64,000 bases of DNA, taken from assembly GCF_006345805.1 (NCBI RefSeq), contig NC_043005.1, positions 58,404,001-58,468,000 of the forward strand, in the 5' to 3' direction. Of the stretch, positions 12,417-25,764 are shown one piece after another. How positions within the stretch are numbered: the stretch's first letter is position 1; the number at the start of each line of letters is the position of its first letter. This stretch comes from Octopus sinensis. Taxonomy: Eukaryota. The translations under genes and the position numbers were made by a program. The notes under the pieces are model-generated. The model saw only the letters and a list, made by a program, of their open reading frames with translations, was not told where the DNA came from and did no database searches.

Positions 12417-12455
12417 GGAAATCGTTCGTCACACATCTGTGACCTCTTCAGAAAC
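12417..12455 (-). ncRNA. partial hammerhead-like core
   Basis: Minus CTGAAGA-G-GTCACA gatg TGTGAC-GAAC; perfect 6-bp stem II, but GAAA is incomplete and there is no clear stem I or III. Confidence 0.25.
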
Positions 12456-12539
12456 TCTTCCATCCACATGTTTCCTCCTGTTCTGTTTAGTTCATTCTGT
12501 CTCTTTATGATGTGTGTGTTTTTACCTGCGCATGTGTTT

Positions 12540-12574
<35 letters not shown>

Positions 12575-12878
12575 TGTGTGTGTGTGTATGTGCATGTGTG
12601 TGTGTACATGTACGTAAGTCTATGTGTTTTGTGTGTATATAGGTTTGCTTACTATATTTGTTTTACTATTACCTCAATTAAATAAATATTTTTATTTTGA
12701 TAATTAGTGTACCAGTCTTTAATATCTTTTCACCGTTATATTTGAAAAAAAAGAAAAATTACATTTATTATACCTATGTACCAACTCCTGATATTTTGTA
12801 GTGTGATAAAATATATCATCCCAACATTGCATATCCCATGATAGGCAACATTCTAGTTACTTGATAGTACTATATACT

Positions 12879-13204
12879 GCACAGGCACTGGCACGTCATT
12901 GGTTATAATGACTAGGGTTCCAGCTGATCCGATCAATGAAACAGCATGCTTGTGAAATTAACGTGCAAGTGGTTGAGCACTCCACAGACATGTATGCCTT
13001 TAACATAGCTCTCATGGAGATTGAGGGTGCCACAGGATGTTTCAAGGCTGGTTCTTTGAAATACAAGCACTACAAATTTTTGTCAGCTGAGTGGACTGGA
13101 GCAACATGAAATAAAGTATCTTGCTCAAAAGCACAACACACTGCTAGGTATTGAACTCACAGTCTTGAGCCAACAACCCTAACCACTTAGCCACATGCCT
13201 TCAC
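12879..13204 (-). mobile_element. tRNA-derived SINE (family D)
   Basis: Minus head GGCATGTGGCTAAGTGGTTAGGG; tail shared with family C; 15-bp duplication ATAGTACTATATACT (12864-12878, 13205-13219). Confidence 0.8.
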
Positions 13205-13219
13205 ATAGTACTATATACT

Positions 13220-13354
13220 CTTTTCTACTCTAGGCACAAGGCCCAAACTTTTTGGTGAGGGGGGGTGCAGTCGATTAGATTGACTCCAGTATGCAACTGG
13301 TACTTAATTTATCGACCCCGAATGAATGAAAGGCAAAGTCCACCTCGGTGTCAA
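13220..13354 (-). mobile_element. 5'-truncated SINE (family E variant)
   Basis: Core GACTTTGCCTTTCATTCATTCGGGGTCGATAAATTAAGTACCAG on minus; duplication TACTATATACT (13209-13219, 13355-13365). Confidence 0.75.
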
Positions 13355-13368
13355 TACTATATACTACA

Positions 13369-13599
13369 AAGGTGAGCTGGCAGAAACGTTAGCACGCCAG
13401 GCAAAATGCTTAGTGGTATTTCATCTGCCGCTACGTTGTGAGTTCAAATTCCACCGAGGTCGACTTTGCCTTTCATCCTTTTGGGGTCGATTAAATAAGT
13501 ACCAGTTACGCACTGGGGTCGATGTAGTCGACTTAAACCCTTTGTCTGTCCTTGTTTGTCCCCTATATGTTTAGCTCCCTGTGGGTAATAAAGAATTAA
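13369..13599 (+). mobile_element. SINE family E (MetaSINE-like central domain, by recall)
   Basis: GAGCTGGCAGAAACGTTAGCACG...GAGTTCAAATTCC, core GCCTTTCATCCTTTTGGGGTCGATTAAATAAGTACCAG; duplication ATACTA(T/C)ATACTACA (13354-13368, 13600-13614). Confidence 0.8.
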
Positions 13600-15898
13600 A
13601 TACTACATACTACACAGTGTGTAATGCAATTGCTGATATAGATTGGCATGGTTGTATGTTAAGAAGTTTCCTTCTCAAATTCATGGCTTCTGATTCAGTC
13701 CTATTGCTTGACATTTTGGGCACTGAATCCCCCATAGCATGTGTTGTCATCATCATCATCATCATCATCATCGTTTAACGTCCGTTTTCCGCGCTAGCAC
13801 GGGTTGGACGGTTCGACCGGTGTCTGGGGAGCCAGGGGTTGCTCCAGGCTCCAGTCTGATCTGGCAGTGTTTCTACAGCTGGATGCCCTTCCTAACGCCA
13901 GCCACTCTGCGAGTGTAGTGGGTGCTTTTTACGTGCCACCTGCACAGTGTTGTATACTGTTTTATTTTTTTTATTGGTTTCAATCATTGCCCTGCAGCCA
14001 AGCTTTGCTAGTGTACATGTTTCAATGGTTTTAGCCAATTATATTGACCCTAGTGCTTGATCTGGTACACATTCGATTAATAAGTTTTGAGTGACTGGAT
14101 TTACTTTGAGTTATGCATCTTGTAGTGAGCTGTCAACCCTTTATCAGAAAATAACTCAAGGAATTTACATGAATTTACAACGGTATATACAAACAGACAT
14201 CAACATAGGCACACATCAGATCATCATCGTCATCATTCTTATTATCATCATCATCATCACCCTCGTCATCATCATCATTGTCATTGTCATCATCATCATC
14301 ATTATCATCATTATCCTCATCATTATTGTTTTCATTCACTTTCTCATGCTGGCATGTGCTGTTGTTGTTGTTGTTGTTGTGGTGGTGGTTAAGCAACAAG
14401 ATGGTTAAGGGTGATTAGGTGATGGTCTAGGGCTTAGGAGTGGGAGACCCCAGACCTTTGGAAAAAAAAAAACTTTGGTCGTCTTGTTGTAGTCGAGGGC
14501 TCTTCGTTGACGTGTGTCACCACTGGGAGGTGGCCCTCGAAGTCGCTGGAAATGGAGATCTCCAGCTCCAAATTCTTGAAAGGCTGCTGGCATGTGATGG
14601 AGGGGTTGTCTTAATTCAGAGCAGTTCTTATTTGAAGTTACTGCCTTCCCAGTTGAATCAAAGACCCCATCATGCTTGCACATTCCATTTTTTGACATGA
14701 CTTCTACAAATGGATGATTCTTCTATCACCATTTGCTTTACGGAGTGTGTAGGGCATATTTCATCATGAAGTCAGCACTAGAGATTTTGCTTTGCCCTTG
14801 TAAAGTTAAAAAGTCCTTTTATACTCTAATTTGTTTCCATTTCTTCTCTGGTAGTTTGTTTTATCTTCAATAAGAATACAAAAAAAAAAAAAATCACCTC
14901 TTCCCCACATTTTTTCCATTTATTTGTTCCATTATTTTCCACTCAAATGGATTGGAAGAGAAATAGAGTGTTAAGAGTAAGAAGATTATAAGAGAGGTAG
15001 TGGTGAAAAAGAGAATGATAGACAGCTACATGATGTTTGCAGGTAAGGAGGTTAGTTAGAAGCAGCATGATTGAGAGGATGAATGAAGAGAGATTCATGA
15101 TAAAGAAGCTGGGCAAGGTGATGCTAGAAGAGAATCAGGTAGATGGGAGGGAGGAGAGAGGAATGAAATAGAGAGAGAGGAGATAGTTACATGAGGATTG
15201 TTGGTAAGGAGATTGAGTAGAGGCAGCAAGAGCTGTGTAAAATGAGAGGGGAGAGTGATAGCTGGGTGACAGGGGAAGAGAGAAAGAAAGAAAGAAAGAG
15301 AGAGAGGGATGGGAGAGAGACAATGATTGATGCCAACAATTTGTGATAGAAGAGAGGGATTAATGTGAGAGTGAGTGATGGATAATGTTGGAGATGAATG
15401 AAGGTAAGAAAGTGGGAATGATGATTGTCAAGTAATGATAGAAGAAAACATACTGTGAGAGAGTGATGGTTAGCAATAAAGATGGGTGGTGGAAAGAGTG
15501 GATTATGTATGGATAGATTCAATGTGATGCCATCCATCATTACATAAGCAATCTGATGGGAGAGAATTAAAGTGACAGTCAGGAAGGGAGAGTAATTGAT
15601 AGATGAGAGTAATGAAGAAGAAAGACAAAAAGTGATAGTTGGAAATTTAAGATAAATGTAATGGTTGAGATATTTCCAAATGTTGATATTATACATCTGC
15701 TCTCCATACACACATTCAAACACACACAGGTACATACAAACACATGCATACATATAATTTTTCTATGCTGGCATGGACTATAGGAATGCATATCAATGAA
15801 GTGTTGCTCTTAAAGTCAGATGCCCATACTTACGTTAACCCTCACCTGTTCTCCAGCTAAGAGTAATGTTTTGTTATAATCCACTTGTCTTCAAAAGT

Positions 15899-16282
15899 GG
15901 AAGCACTCCGTCGGTTACGATGACGAGGGTTCCGGTTGATCCGAATCAACGGAACAGCCTGCTCGTGAAATTAACATGTAAGTGGCTGAGCACTCCACAG
16001 ACATGTGTACCCTCAACGTAGTTCTCGGGGATATTCAGCGTGACACAGAGAGTGACAAGGCCGGCCCTTTGAAATACAGGTACAACAGAAACAGGAAGTA
16101 AGAATGAGAGAAAGTTGTGGTGAAAGAGTACAGCAGGGATCACCACCATCCCCTGCCGGAGCATCGTGGAGCTTTAGGTGTTTTCGCTCAATAAACACTC
16201 ACAACGCTCGGTTTGGGAATCGAAACCGCGATCCTATGACCGCGAGTCCGCTGCCCTAACCACTGGGCCATTGCGCCTCCCA
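15899..16282 (-). mobile_element. young tRNA-derived SINE (family C)
   Basis: Near-identical to 32595-32981, CpG-rich; TSD GTCTTCAAAAGT (15887-15898, 16283-16294). Confidence 0.9.
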
Positions 16283-16648
16283 GTCTTCAAAAGTACTGAG
16301 TTATTGGATGATTTATTGACTGGAAACTTTCGAAAAAACTTCACCATTTTGTAGCTCACTGCTTTCAAATGTTTGGCTATGTGGTTAGGAAGGTTGATTC
16401 CCATCCAGTTAGTTTTGAGTTCAATCCCATTGTATAGCACCTTGGGCAAGTGTTTTCTACTATATTTCTGGGCTGCTCAAGCTTTGTATGTGGATTTGGT
16501 AGACAGGAACTGAATAAAGCACATCATTTAATATAGATAGATACACACATGCATACATACACATATGCACACATATATAAATACACACACACACATGTTT
16601 ATATCTACATATATATAATGTCTGTCTGTTCTGAATATACATACAAAC

Positions 16649-16692
<44 letters not shown>

Positions 16693-16749
16693 GTGTTAGC
16701 TTATATGTGTAAGCATAATTATCTGTATGTATGCATGTATGTATGTATG

Positions 16750-16783
<34 letters not shown>

Positions 16784-18192
16784 CGTATGTATGTATGCAT
16801 GTATGTCTGTAAGTATATCATTATTCAGTTTTATTTCAAGATTTCTTGCCAATAGAGAAAGAATTGGTTTCTAATCTACATCCAAGGTTCCTTCATTGGA
16901 ATTTCAGCATCAACAACAGGGTATTTTTGTTTGTATGTATGTATGTACGTATGTATGTACATATGTATGTTTTGTATGTATGTATGTATGTACGTATGTA
17001 CATATGTATGTTTTGTATGTATGTATGTATGTATGTTTATATGTATTATGTTTGTATATATGTCATTATTCAGTTTATTTCAAGATTTCTATGGTCTTCT
17101 CTTTGTTTTTCTAATTCAGAATAAATTTTGACTGGTCACCTATTTGGTAGCAAGGTTGTGAAGGGGAGCATCTGGTTTTGTTCATCCTCCTTTAAATCTT
17201 AAGAAGGTCTCGCAGATTTTTACAATCCCAGATATTATGACCATTTGTTGTGTATGAAGTAGGGATTTGAATTGTGTGTGTGTGTGTGTGTTTGAGTGTT
17301 TGTGTGTTTATGTGCATGTGTGTCTGTTTGTATGTTAGTGTGTTTATGTGCGTGTGTCTGTGTGTGTGCGTGAAAGTATATATGTTGGTCAGTACTGTCT
17401 ACCAAATTTTACATACAAGGTTTTGATTCCCCCAACACTACGGCAAAGGCCATCATGCTTGCCAAAGCTGCTGGGTACATTGTGGTATTGCACTCAGAAC
17501 TGTATGGCTGCTCATCAGATTCCTTGACCACTGTGTCAAGGAAACTTCCTCCCTATTGGACAGATCACAAGAAACTATTTTCATTTCTTTCATGCTACCT
17601 GGTTTTTGTGGATATAAATCTAATTTTATATTTAGCTAATGAAATTAATATAATTATCATTTTTGTAAATATCAATTCCATATGTAATGTAATCAGCTTT
17701 TTGCTTCTTTTTAAGGTGCTTATTTAAAATATACATTAACAAACATATGATCCTTTGATAACAAATCCAAAAATTAAAAAAAAAAACCAGAAAATAATTA
17801 TGCCATTTATCCTCATTATCATCTGCAACATTATTATTGTTATTATTTTTGTTGCCATCGTCATCATTGTCATCGTCATCATCGTTATTGTAGTTGTTGT
17901 TCTTCTTAAGAGATAAAAAGAGCAAAGACTTAAGCATTCATAGAATTGCTGCCAGTTGTTTATGGAAATTTATAATTATGTTTTTGCTCTAATACGTGCT
18001 TAATTGTAAAGAAAAGTTGTTGATTTGTTGATTTCATGAAAACAAAAACAAAAAAAAACAACAAAAATATAAAAGAAATTTTTCTTAATAAGTCTTGTGT
18101 TTACAAACTATTAACAACTGCCCATGAGGATATTACCTACATACGTACATACATACATATGTATGCATGCATGTATGTATATGTGTATATAC

Positions 18193-18262
<70 letters not shown>

Positions 18263-18331
18263 TCTGTATATAGATAGATAGATAGATAAATGTGGAGACA
18301 CATATATCTACAGATATAAGCATATAAGTTC

Positions 18332-18366
<35 letters not shown>

Positions 18367-19039
18367 AGAGATGGGGAGATAGAGTGATAGATAGATAGAT
18401 AGATAGATATGGATAAATTGATAAATAGATAAATAGATAGATACACACATGCATACATACACCTACGCGCACATATATAAATACACGCAAACACACATAT
18501 TTATATCTTATATCATATATAATGTCTGTCTCTTCTGTATATACATATATATATATGTGTGTGTGTGTTAGCTTATATGTGTAAGCATAATTATCTGCAA
18601 GCATGCATTACACATCCAATACATACACACACATATATGCATATATATGTGTGCTTGCATATGAACGTACACACGTAAATGTATATACATATACACATAC
18701 TCATATACTCACACTTACATACAAATGTATATACATGCCATTATAAGATAATTGTGGCTTTCCTTATCTTATTCAAATAATTAATTGTTATTGGTCGTCT
18801 CGCTCTGACGAGATACTGTGTGAGCAGACAGACATATATTATTGCTATCTATGGAAACTGGAAATCGCTGCTAGACTAAATTTTGTAGACATTTGAATGC
18901 ATCAGACTCTGATAAAGTCTTCTTTTATTTCTGATTACATTTTATTTTCTGAAATTTACTCAAAATTTCAGTTATATAATCAGCAGTTTATGATAAACTA
19001 CCTAATTTTATGATATTTCCATTTGAATGTAATTGCCTG

Positions 19040-19090
<51 letters not shown>

Positions 19091-19249
19091 CATCATCATC
19101 ATCATCAACACAAAGCTCAGATTTGGTCTTATTCCTGGTAGAATTTATGTGGGTAGCGGGTTACTACCTGTTACCTTAGGTTTCCATACGTTTTTGGCAG
19201 TCATTCATGCTTAGAACACTCCTGATAATCCTTGGTGTCTCATTATTAT

Positions 19250-19490
19250 TGTAATAATAATAATAATAATAATTATTATTATTATATTATTATATAATAA
19301 TTATATTATTATATTATATAATAATTATATTATATTATATTATATTATTATATTATATATATTATATTATTATATTATATAATAATAATTATATAATATT
19401 ATAATATTTATTATATAATAATTATATTATTATATAATAATAATAATAATTATTATTATTATATTATTATTATTATTATTATTATTATTA
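19250..19490. repeat. pure A/T compound array
   Basis: ~240 bp with no G or C; mixed TAA/TTA/TATAT units. Confidence 0.9.
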
Positions 19491-19924
19491 TGACAATGAT
19501 GATAGTTTCTTTATCAGCCTCAAGGGCTCAAGGGGAGAGGAGACAGAAAAATTCCAGGTAATGTTAAACAGGGGGCACTTACAAAAATGGATTGTATGTG
19601 TGGAGAAAATAAACAAAGATGAGAGAACAGGTGAAAGATGTTATATAATATATAACTGGGCAAATTAAAAAAGTATAAAACACAAAAGAGCTTTAGCAAA
19701 GTATTTTCAGGAGAGGAGATTCCAAAATCTATTGAGAAAAGGCTTTGTGTTTTATTATCCCATTCATTTAATCATTTCTCAAACTGTGTTCAAGTGCAAC
19801 TGAATGTTCCTGTAAGCAGTTTTTGAGACGTTTAATGTTTTGAAAACAAAAAATGTTTCTGAAAATTTGGTATTATGTCTTAATTTTTAATTTTATTAGA
19901 AATTTATCTTTTGCATATTGTTTA

Positions 19925-20890
19925 TATCAGATAATTGACAACACAGTTGAAGAGGTTGGGGATGGCCATGCAGCCCTGTCTAACCCTGCTGTTGATAGGG
20001 AACCAGTCAGAGTCCATCCTCCTCAAAGTCTGTGAGCAAGTCTCTGGTGTTACCTTTGAGAATTACCACCTTACCAATCTAGAGAATGTGGATGATAGCA
20101 CCTCAATCGACCAGCTCAGGGACACACTGACTATTTTCCGAGAAGAATCAGCAAAGTTTGGCCTTCAAATGAGTTGGGTGAAGACCAAGCTGATGCATAT
20201 TGGAGATAGCCTGGGCCCTTCCCTTCTCCATATTGATCCTGACATCATGGAGTTTGTCAGTTTCTTCATTTACTTGGGATCCACAGTCACCAGCAATGGA
20301 GACCTGACCCCAGAGGTCAACCGCAGATGTGGTCTGGTTGCGGGGGATCATGTACTCTCTATGAAAACGTCTTTGGCATTACTACTCTATTTCCCAGGAT
20401 ACATCTACAATGTACTGGTCCTTTCCATTCTCCTTAATGGATCAGAAATGTGGTCCCTGTTGAAGACCGTGGTAATCAGAATTGATAGCTTTGATAGCAG
20501 AGCCCTGAGAACCATAGAGAACATCAGATGGTACTATCACATTTTCTACAAAGAATTGCATGCGCACCTCATAGCTATCCATTACATGTGCTGGTATGGA
20601 CATATCCTCTGTCTTGTGCTAGATCATCCTACTAGGGCTTTACTCTCATTTGACACAGCAGCTGTGGGCTGGGACAGGCCTTTTGGGAGGCCTTGCACTA
20701 GATGACTGGATGTGATTAAGGAAGATCTCCAGAAGCTTAATATTATCTTGGAAGATGCAGAGGGGTCAACATAGGACAGCCAGCAATGGAGAGCACTGGT
20801 AGACCTGGTTGACTTTATGCATGGTAACATCTCTGGGACCACTAACCTAGAATGACCCCAACCTCATCTAGCAAGAACATGAAGCTAGCC
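19925..20890 (+). mobile_element. RTE-clade LINE, 5'-truncated and decayed (RT C-terminus)
   Basis: LTNLENVDD (degenerate YADD), FGLQMSWVKTKLM, FIYLGSTVTSNGDLTPEVNRRCGL, LLNGSEMWSL, RPFGRPCTR*. Confidence 0.9.
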
Positions 20891-21339
20891 AGCCATATTG
20901 TTTATATTCTGTGGTACCACAGATGCTTACATGCTTGTTTGATTTTCAAAGAATGGTAAATCTTAGTTCGTCTTTGTTTTCTCTGTTATTTTTCTGAGGA
21001 GGAATTTGTTTCTCCTCACCTGTTTCCTTTGTTTTATATTGAATCATTTCTTGTAATTATTTTCTCCTGGTAGTATAAATAAGGTGTGGTACTACAAGTT
21101 AGTACTGTTAGGGGATGAGATGTTTGCTGATCAATTTCTGATACAGGCCCTAAAGACATTTCCTTTGCCATCCCCAGAGTTTTGGCTGGTGGTACTCTGG
21201 AATCTAAGATTTGTAGTTCTTTTGGCTGTTACTCTTACTCTTCATTATTTTTGTCTCCTTTGCTTCTGCTTAGTCTTCAGAATATTTTGTTCTAAGGTGT
21301 GTTTTACTCCAACAAATATAAAAGGGTAAAGATCCCCTT

Positions 21340-21662
21340 TGGTCATGAATGACCATAGGATTACACCTAGAAAATTCTCCTCCAAGGCACAAGTCTGGGC
21401 AAGGTTGTTTGTGGAAGACCAACAGTTGCCCATGCATACCAGTCTCCCCATCACACCACTGATGTTATTCCAAGGGAAAGGCAAAGGCTGATACAATTTG
21501 GCACCAGAGATGTTGCTACTTATTTATACAGCTGAGTGAACTGGAGCAATGTGAAATAAAGTGTCTCGCTCAAGAACGCAACACACAGCCCAGTCTGGGA
21601 ATCAAACTCACAATCTTAGGATTGTTAGCCTGATGCTCTAACCAAAGAGCCATATGCCTTCA
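21340..21662 (-). mobile_element. family B SINE
   Basis: Reverse-complement homologue of 142-454. Confidence 0.75.
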
Positions 21663-22082
21663 CTCTGACTAGGTTTCCTATTCTATATCATTAATTGTAT
21701 GTCTTGTTGCCTTCTATTAGGCACAGTTACAGTTTCAGTCTGTGGCCTTTGGGTGTCATTAAAACTTCTAAATCCATTTTGACATTTGACAAAAGATCGT
21801 CTTTTGTTAACTTGCTTTGATCTCTCTCTCCATATTGGTACACAAAAGTAACTACGAGCCATGGACCTACATCATGTATCCAGTATTTCTTATTGTGACT
21901 CTTGTGTTTCGTTGACATATGTACTCAGTTTTAAAGATATAGCAGATTTTGCCTTCAATGTTGCCTCCTTCACTTGTGATAATTTCTGTTGATATTTCCT
22001 GTATAGCTTGTGCAGACACATGGCTTGGTGGTTAGGGTTTTGGACTCATGATTGTACGATTGTGGTTTCAACTCCTGGACTT

Positions 22083-22660
22083 GGATGAAGTTTTTCTTGT
22101 TTGAGAAAAACCAAATTAAATCTTCTGCTAGATTTTTCAGTTTGTTTAAGAGCCTTTTAGATCTGATTTGGTGATTTTCTTTTGCTTTTTCTAACATAAA
22201 TTGACCTTTCCTCATTATAGAGAACTTATATCTGAAGTCTTTGTGGGCAACATTTCTGACTGTTCCTTCTGACATATGGAGATCTTTTGCAATTGACCTC
22301 ATGAACTTTCTGGGATTGCACTTTCCTGTTGAACTTGCTGGATAAATTCAGATGTACTGATAATTTCAGAGTATTTAGAATGCTTTTTATGCTTTGATAC
22401 TGGTGATGCGTTTCCATCTTCAGTCTCTAGCTCTTTACAAACTTTGTAGAAGAAAGATCTGGCAACTTTTAAAAATCGAGATATTTTTAAATTGCTATTT
22501 TCAGCCTTTATAACCATAACAACAGCATGCTTCTTCATTTCATGAGTAAGCTGAAGGTTTGCCATTATCATTTTCTGAAAGAAAGATTATACAGAGTGAA
22601 CAAAAAATGCAGCAATGACCCCAAAAATGATATGTCCTCAAATACCTTATGCACCCTATA
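22083..22660 (-). mobile_element. Tc1/mariner-superfamily (maT/DD37D-like) transposase 5' half
   Basis: MKKHAVVMVIKAENSNLKISRFLKVARSFFYKVCKEL... then MRSIAKDLHMSEGTVRNVAHKDFRYK...LIWFFSNKKNF. Confidence 0.75.
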
Positions 22661-23093
22661 TATATGTATTTATATATATACATTCCTTTCAGTTGGGATG
22701 GAACCCTGAACTGTCATATATAATGCAAATTCACATCACTCTTGGCTTCTGTGCTACTCTCCCAGAATAATCAAAAGACATAAAAAAAAAGAAAAAAAGA
22801 GAAAAACACTGTTGTTTGAAAAATTCCTTTCAAAATACCGAGACATATTAAGATGAAAGTTAAGACTAATAATGTGGAAAATTTGAATTAATATTGGATT
22901 AAGTCAGAAATTTAGACAAGAATCATTCTTCTACTCTTGTATTTGTAAAACTAATTTTTTTTTTTCATGTTTGATCACAATATTCTAATTTTGCAGACTG
23001 CTAAGCGTTTTGTGAATGTGTGTGTGTGTGTGTGTTTGTGTGGCATATTATGTGCATATGAAAGAAAAAGAGACAGATTGACAGATGCACACA

Positions 23094-23129
<36 letters not shown>

Positions 23130-23689
23130 CACATGCATGCACACAACCAGGTGTAGAAACCATACCTAAGCAATGGAGCTTGATACAGCTTTCTAGATCA
23201 TTATCTCCTGTCAAACATTCCGACTCATGCTAGCATGGAAAAGAGATTTTAAATGATAATGATGATGATGATGATGATATATATATCTTAATATTACAAA
23301 GTATAGATTTTATTCTTAATTTTTAATTCGTAATTTTTAATCTTTAATGCTTAACTGTATTGCTTATTCTTAAAGGAATGTAAAATTAGATATATAATAT
23401 TTTGAAATAGAACCTGAAGATGTGTTGGAATAATTGTAAATCTGATGATTGCATATATGTATTTATATATGTATATATATGGGTATACAGTTGAATATAT
23501 GTATATATATGTTGTAATCTTCCAATACTGAAACACGTGTAGTTCCTTCATATTTAATAAATATAAGTATTGACTAAAGTATGATATAATTAATGAAGAA
23601 CATTATATACCCAGCTGGAAATTTTGGTGATGATAAACAAAAAATGAATGAAACAGTTTTAAATCTCAAAGACATAAATGAATTATCTT

Positions 23690-24080
23690 TTATCTGTCAC
23701 TTCTTTCAGTCATTAGATTATGGCCAAGCTGGGGCACCACCTTGAAAAAATTTTTAGTCCAATGAATCAACCTCTAGTATTTATTTTATTTTTTTTTCCT
23801 TAAACCAGGTACTTGTTCTATCAGTCACTTTGTAAAACTACTACATTATGAGGACATAAACACACCAACACCAGTTGTCAAGTAATGATGGCAGATGAAC
23901 ACTGATGCAAAGACACACACACACACATGCCTATACAATGGGCTTATTTCAGTTTCCATCTACCAAATTCATTCACAAAGCTCAGGATGGCCTGTAGTAG
24001 AAGACACTTGCCCAGGGTGTCATGCAGTGGGACTGGACCTGGTTGAGAAGCAAGCTTCTAACCACACAGCCACGCCTGCA
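23690..24080 (-). mobile_element. family A SINE, diverged
   Basis: Reverse-complement family A features. Confidence 0.75.
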
Positions 24081-24739
24081 AAAAAAAAAAAATGATTTAA
24101 ATATTAAACATTAGGTGAGAGAAGGAAAAACAAAATAACGAATTACAGAGATTGCTGGGAACACAGCCAGGGGTGGATGAAATGATTGGATCATGTGTTG
24201 CAAAAGGATGAAAATGACCGAGTGAGAAGAATGATGCAAATGAAGTACAAGATAGGGGGCAGGGAATGAAAAGTCTGTTATAAGACTTAAAGGCTACTGT
24301 AACAAAGGAAAAACAGCCTTAGACCTTAAAACACTTACGGATTATTAGCCTCAAATTTAGAGCTCAAATGTAGAGCTCTGTGCAGCTGAAATCCAGGATA
24401 TCCAATTTATGAGGAGTATATAATAGACAGTAAAAAGTCCCGAGATATGAAAGATAAATATATTTCTTTAACTGCTTGTTATCTGTATGATTGAAGCTGT
24501 TTTGCAGTCTCGATCATTTATAAATAATTTCAGTGTATAATGAATTGTTTTTGCACATCTGCAACAATATGTATGCTGCACAACTCTAGAATTGAAGCAT
24601 TGGTGTAACCACGATGTTCTAGTGATCTGAAGAGCTAGCCTTCTATATCTGCATTGATATGTAATTGTACAATTGTACTGTGCAATGCGTAGCATGCATA
24701 TTGGTGCAAACATGTAAAATAATCTATTGCACATGAAAA

Positions 24740-25137
24740 TCTTTATATATAAAAGTGAAGTTGTGTGTCTGTCTCCTACGATTTAGATTCCTAACTACTC
24801 CCACATTTTGCGGTGCAGTTTAACCAAAACCGGGTATCTTATAGTCGTGATACATATCGAGCCCTTCTGGGTATTAGCGTGCATCTACGATGAGTCTACG
24901 ATTAAAAAAAAAAATTACCATCATTTTTTTCCATTTTAATGCATTTTTTTCGCTATTATATAAGGGAAGTAACTCTCTAAAAATGTCTACGATGAGTCAA
25001 CGATTTCAAAAAAAATTACCATAATTTTTTTTCCATTTTTAATGCATTTTTTTGCTATTTTTTGGCTATAACTCTCTAAAAATGCTTATATAGTTATTTC
25101 CCTTACAAACCTGAGCAACGCCGGGCGATACTGCTAG
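24740..25137 (+). mobile_element. non-autonomous Helitron
   Basis: A|TCTTTATATATAAAA 5' end; subterminal hairpin CCTGAGCAACGCCGGG (25110-25125); CTAG|T 3' end; internal ~105-bp tandem duplication. Confidence 0.8.
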
Positions 25138-25611
25138 TTGTTAATACATGACAAAGGCTGCAAAATAGCTGTCATCCTATGGATAACAAATGGTTAAATA
25201 AATGTATCTACTTATCACATCTCTTGACTTTTGATACATGTACTAGCTGGTCCCATACCATCAAAAACGATGGCAAATTGTAGTATTTTATATGTAAATA
25301 AGGTACAAAACCAAGTTTTTAGTTTAATAATTCTTTTATTACCAAATTTTTTGTGAAAAATCTCTCTGCAACTAACATCTTTTGACTGCTGGTTTCCTTC
25401 AAAAGTATTTTTAAGTTTTCCTTTCTTCTTGTATGACTTAAGGCCACATAAAGCTGGCCATTACTAAATATGGGATAGAATATGGATTGTAAATCAAATT
25501 AATACACTTGTCAATGTTAACTAGTGGCTGTCTTTTGAAATGTGAGATCAATCATGGTTTGTTACTGAAAGAACTCTAGTTCACACATACAAACATTCAT
25601 ACTCTTCCCTT

Positions 25612-25613
<2 letters not shown>

Positions 25614-25692
<79 letters not shown>
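25614..25692. repeat. (CA)n microsatellite
   Basis: ~79 bp perfect. Confidence 0.98.
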
Positions 25693-25695
<3 letters not shown>

Positions 25696-25764
25696 TCACA
25701 CAGAATTGAAATACTGTTTTGTTTTCCCTTCTCTCAGCTAATGTTTAAGATTTAAATCATTTTT

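Noticed and set aside
14405-14760. GC-richer segment with ORFs on both strands
   Set aside because: No recognisable motif in any frame and no splice support; probably an old repeat
15000-15753. 188-aa minus ORF over a purine-rich tract
   Set aside because: Cryptically simple GA-rich DNA giving Leu/Ser/Ile-biased text
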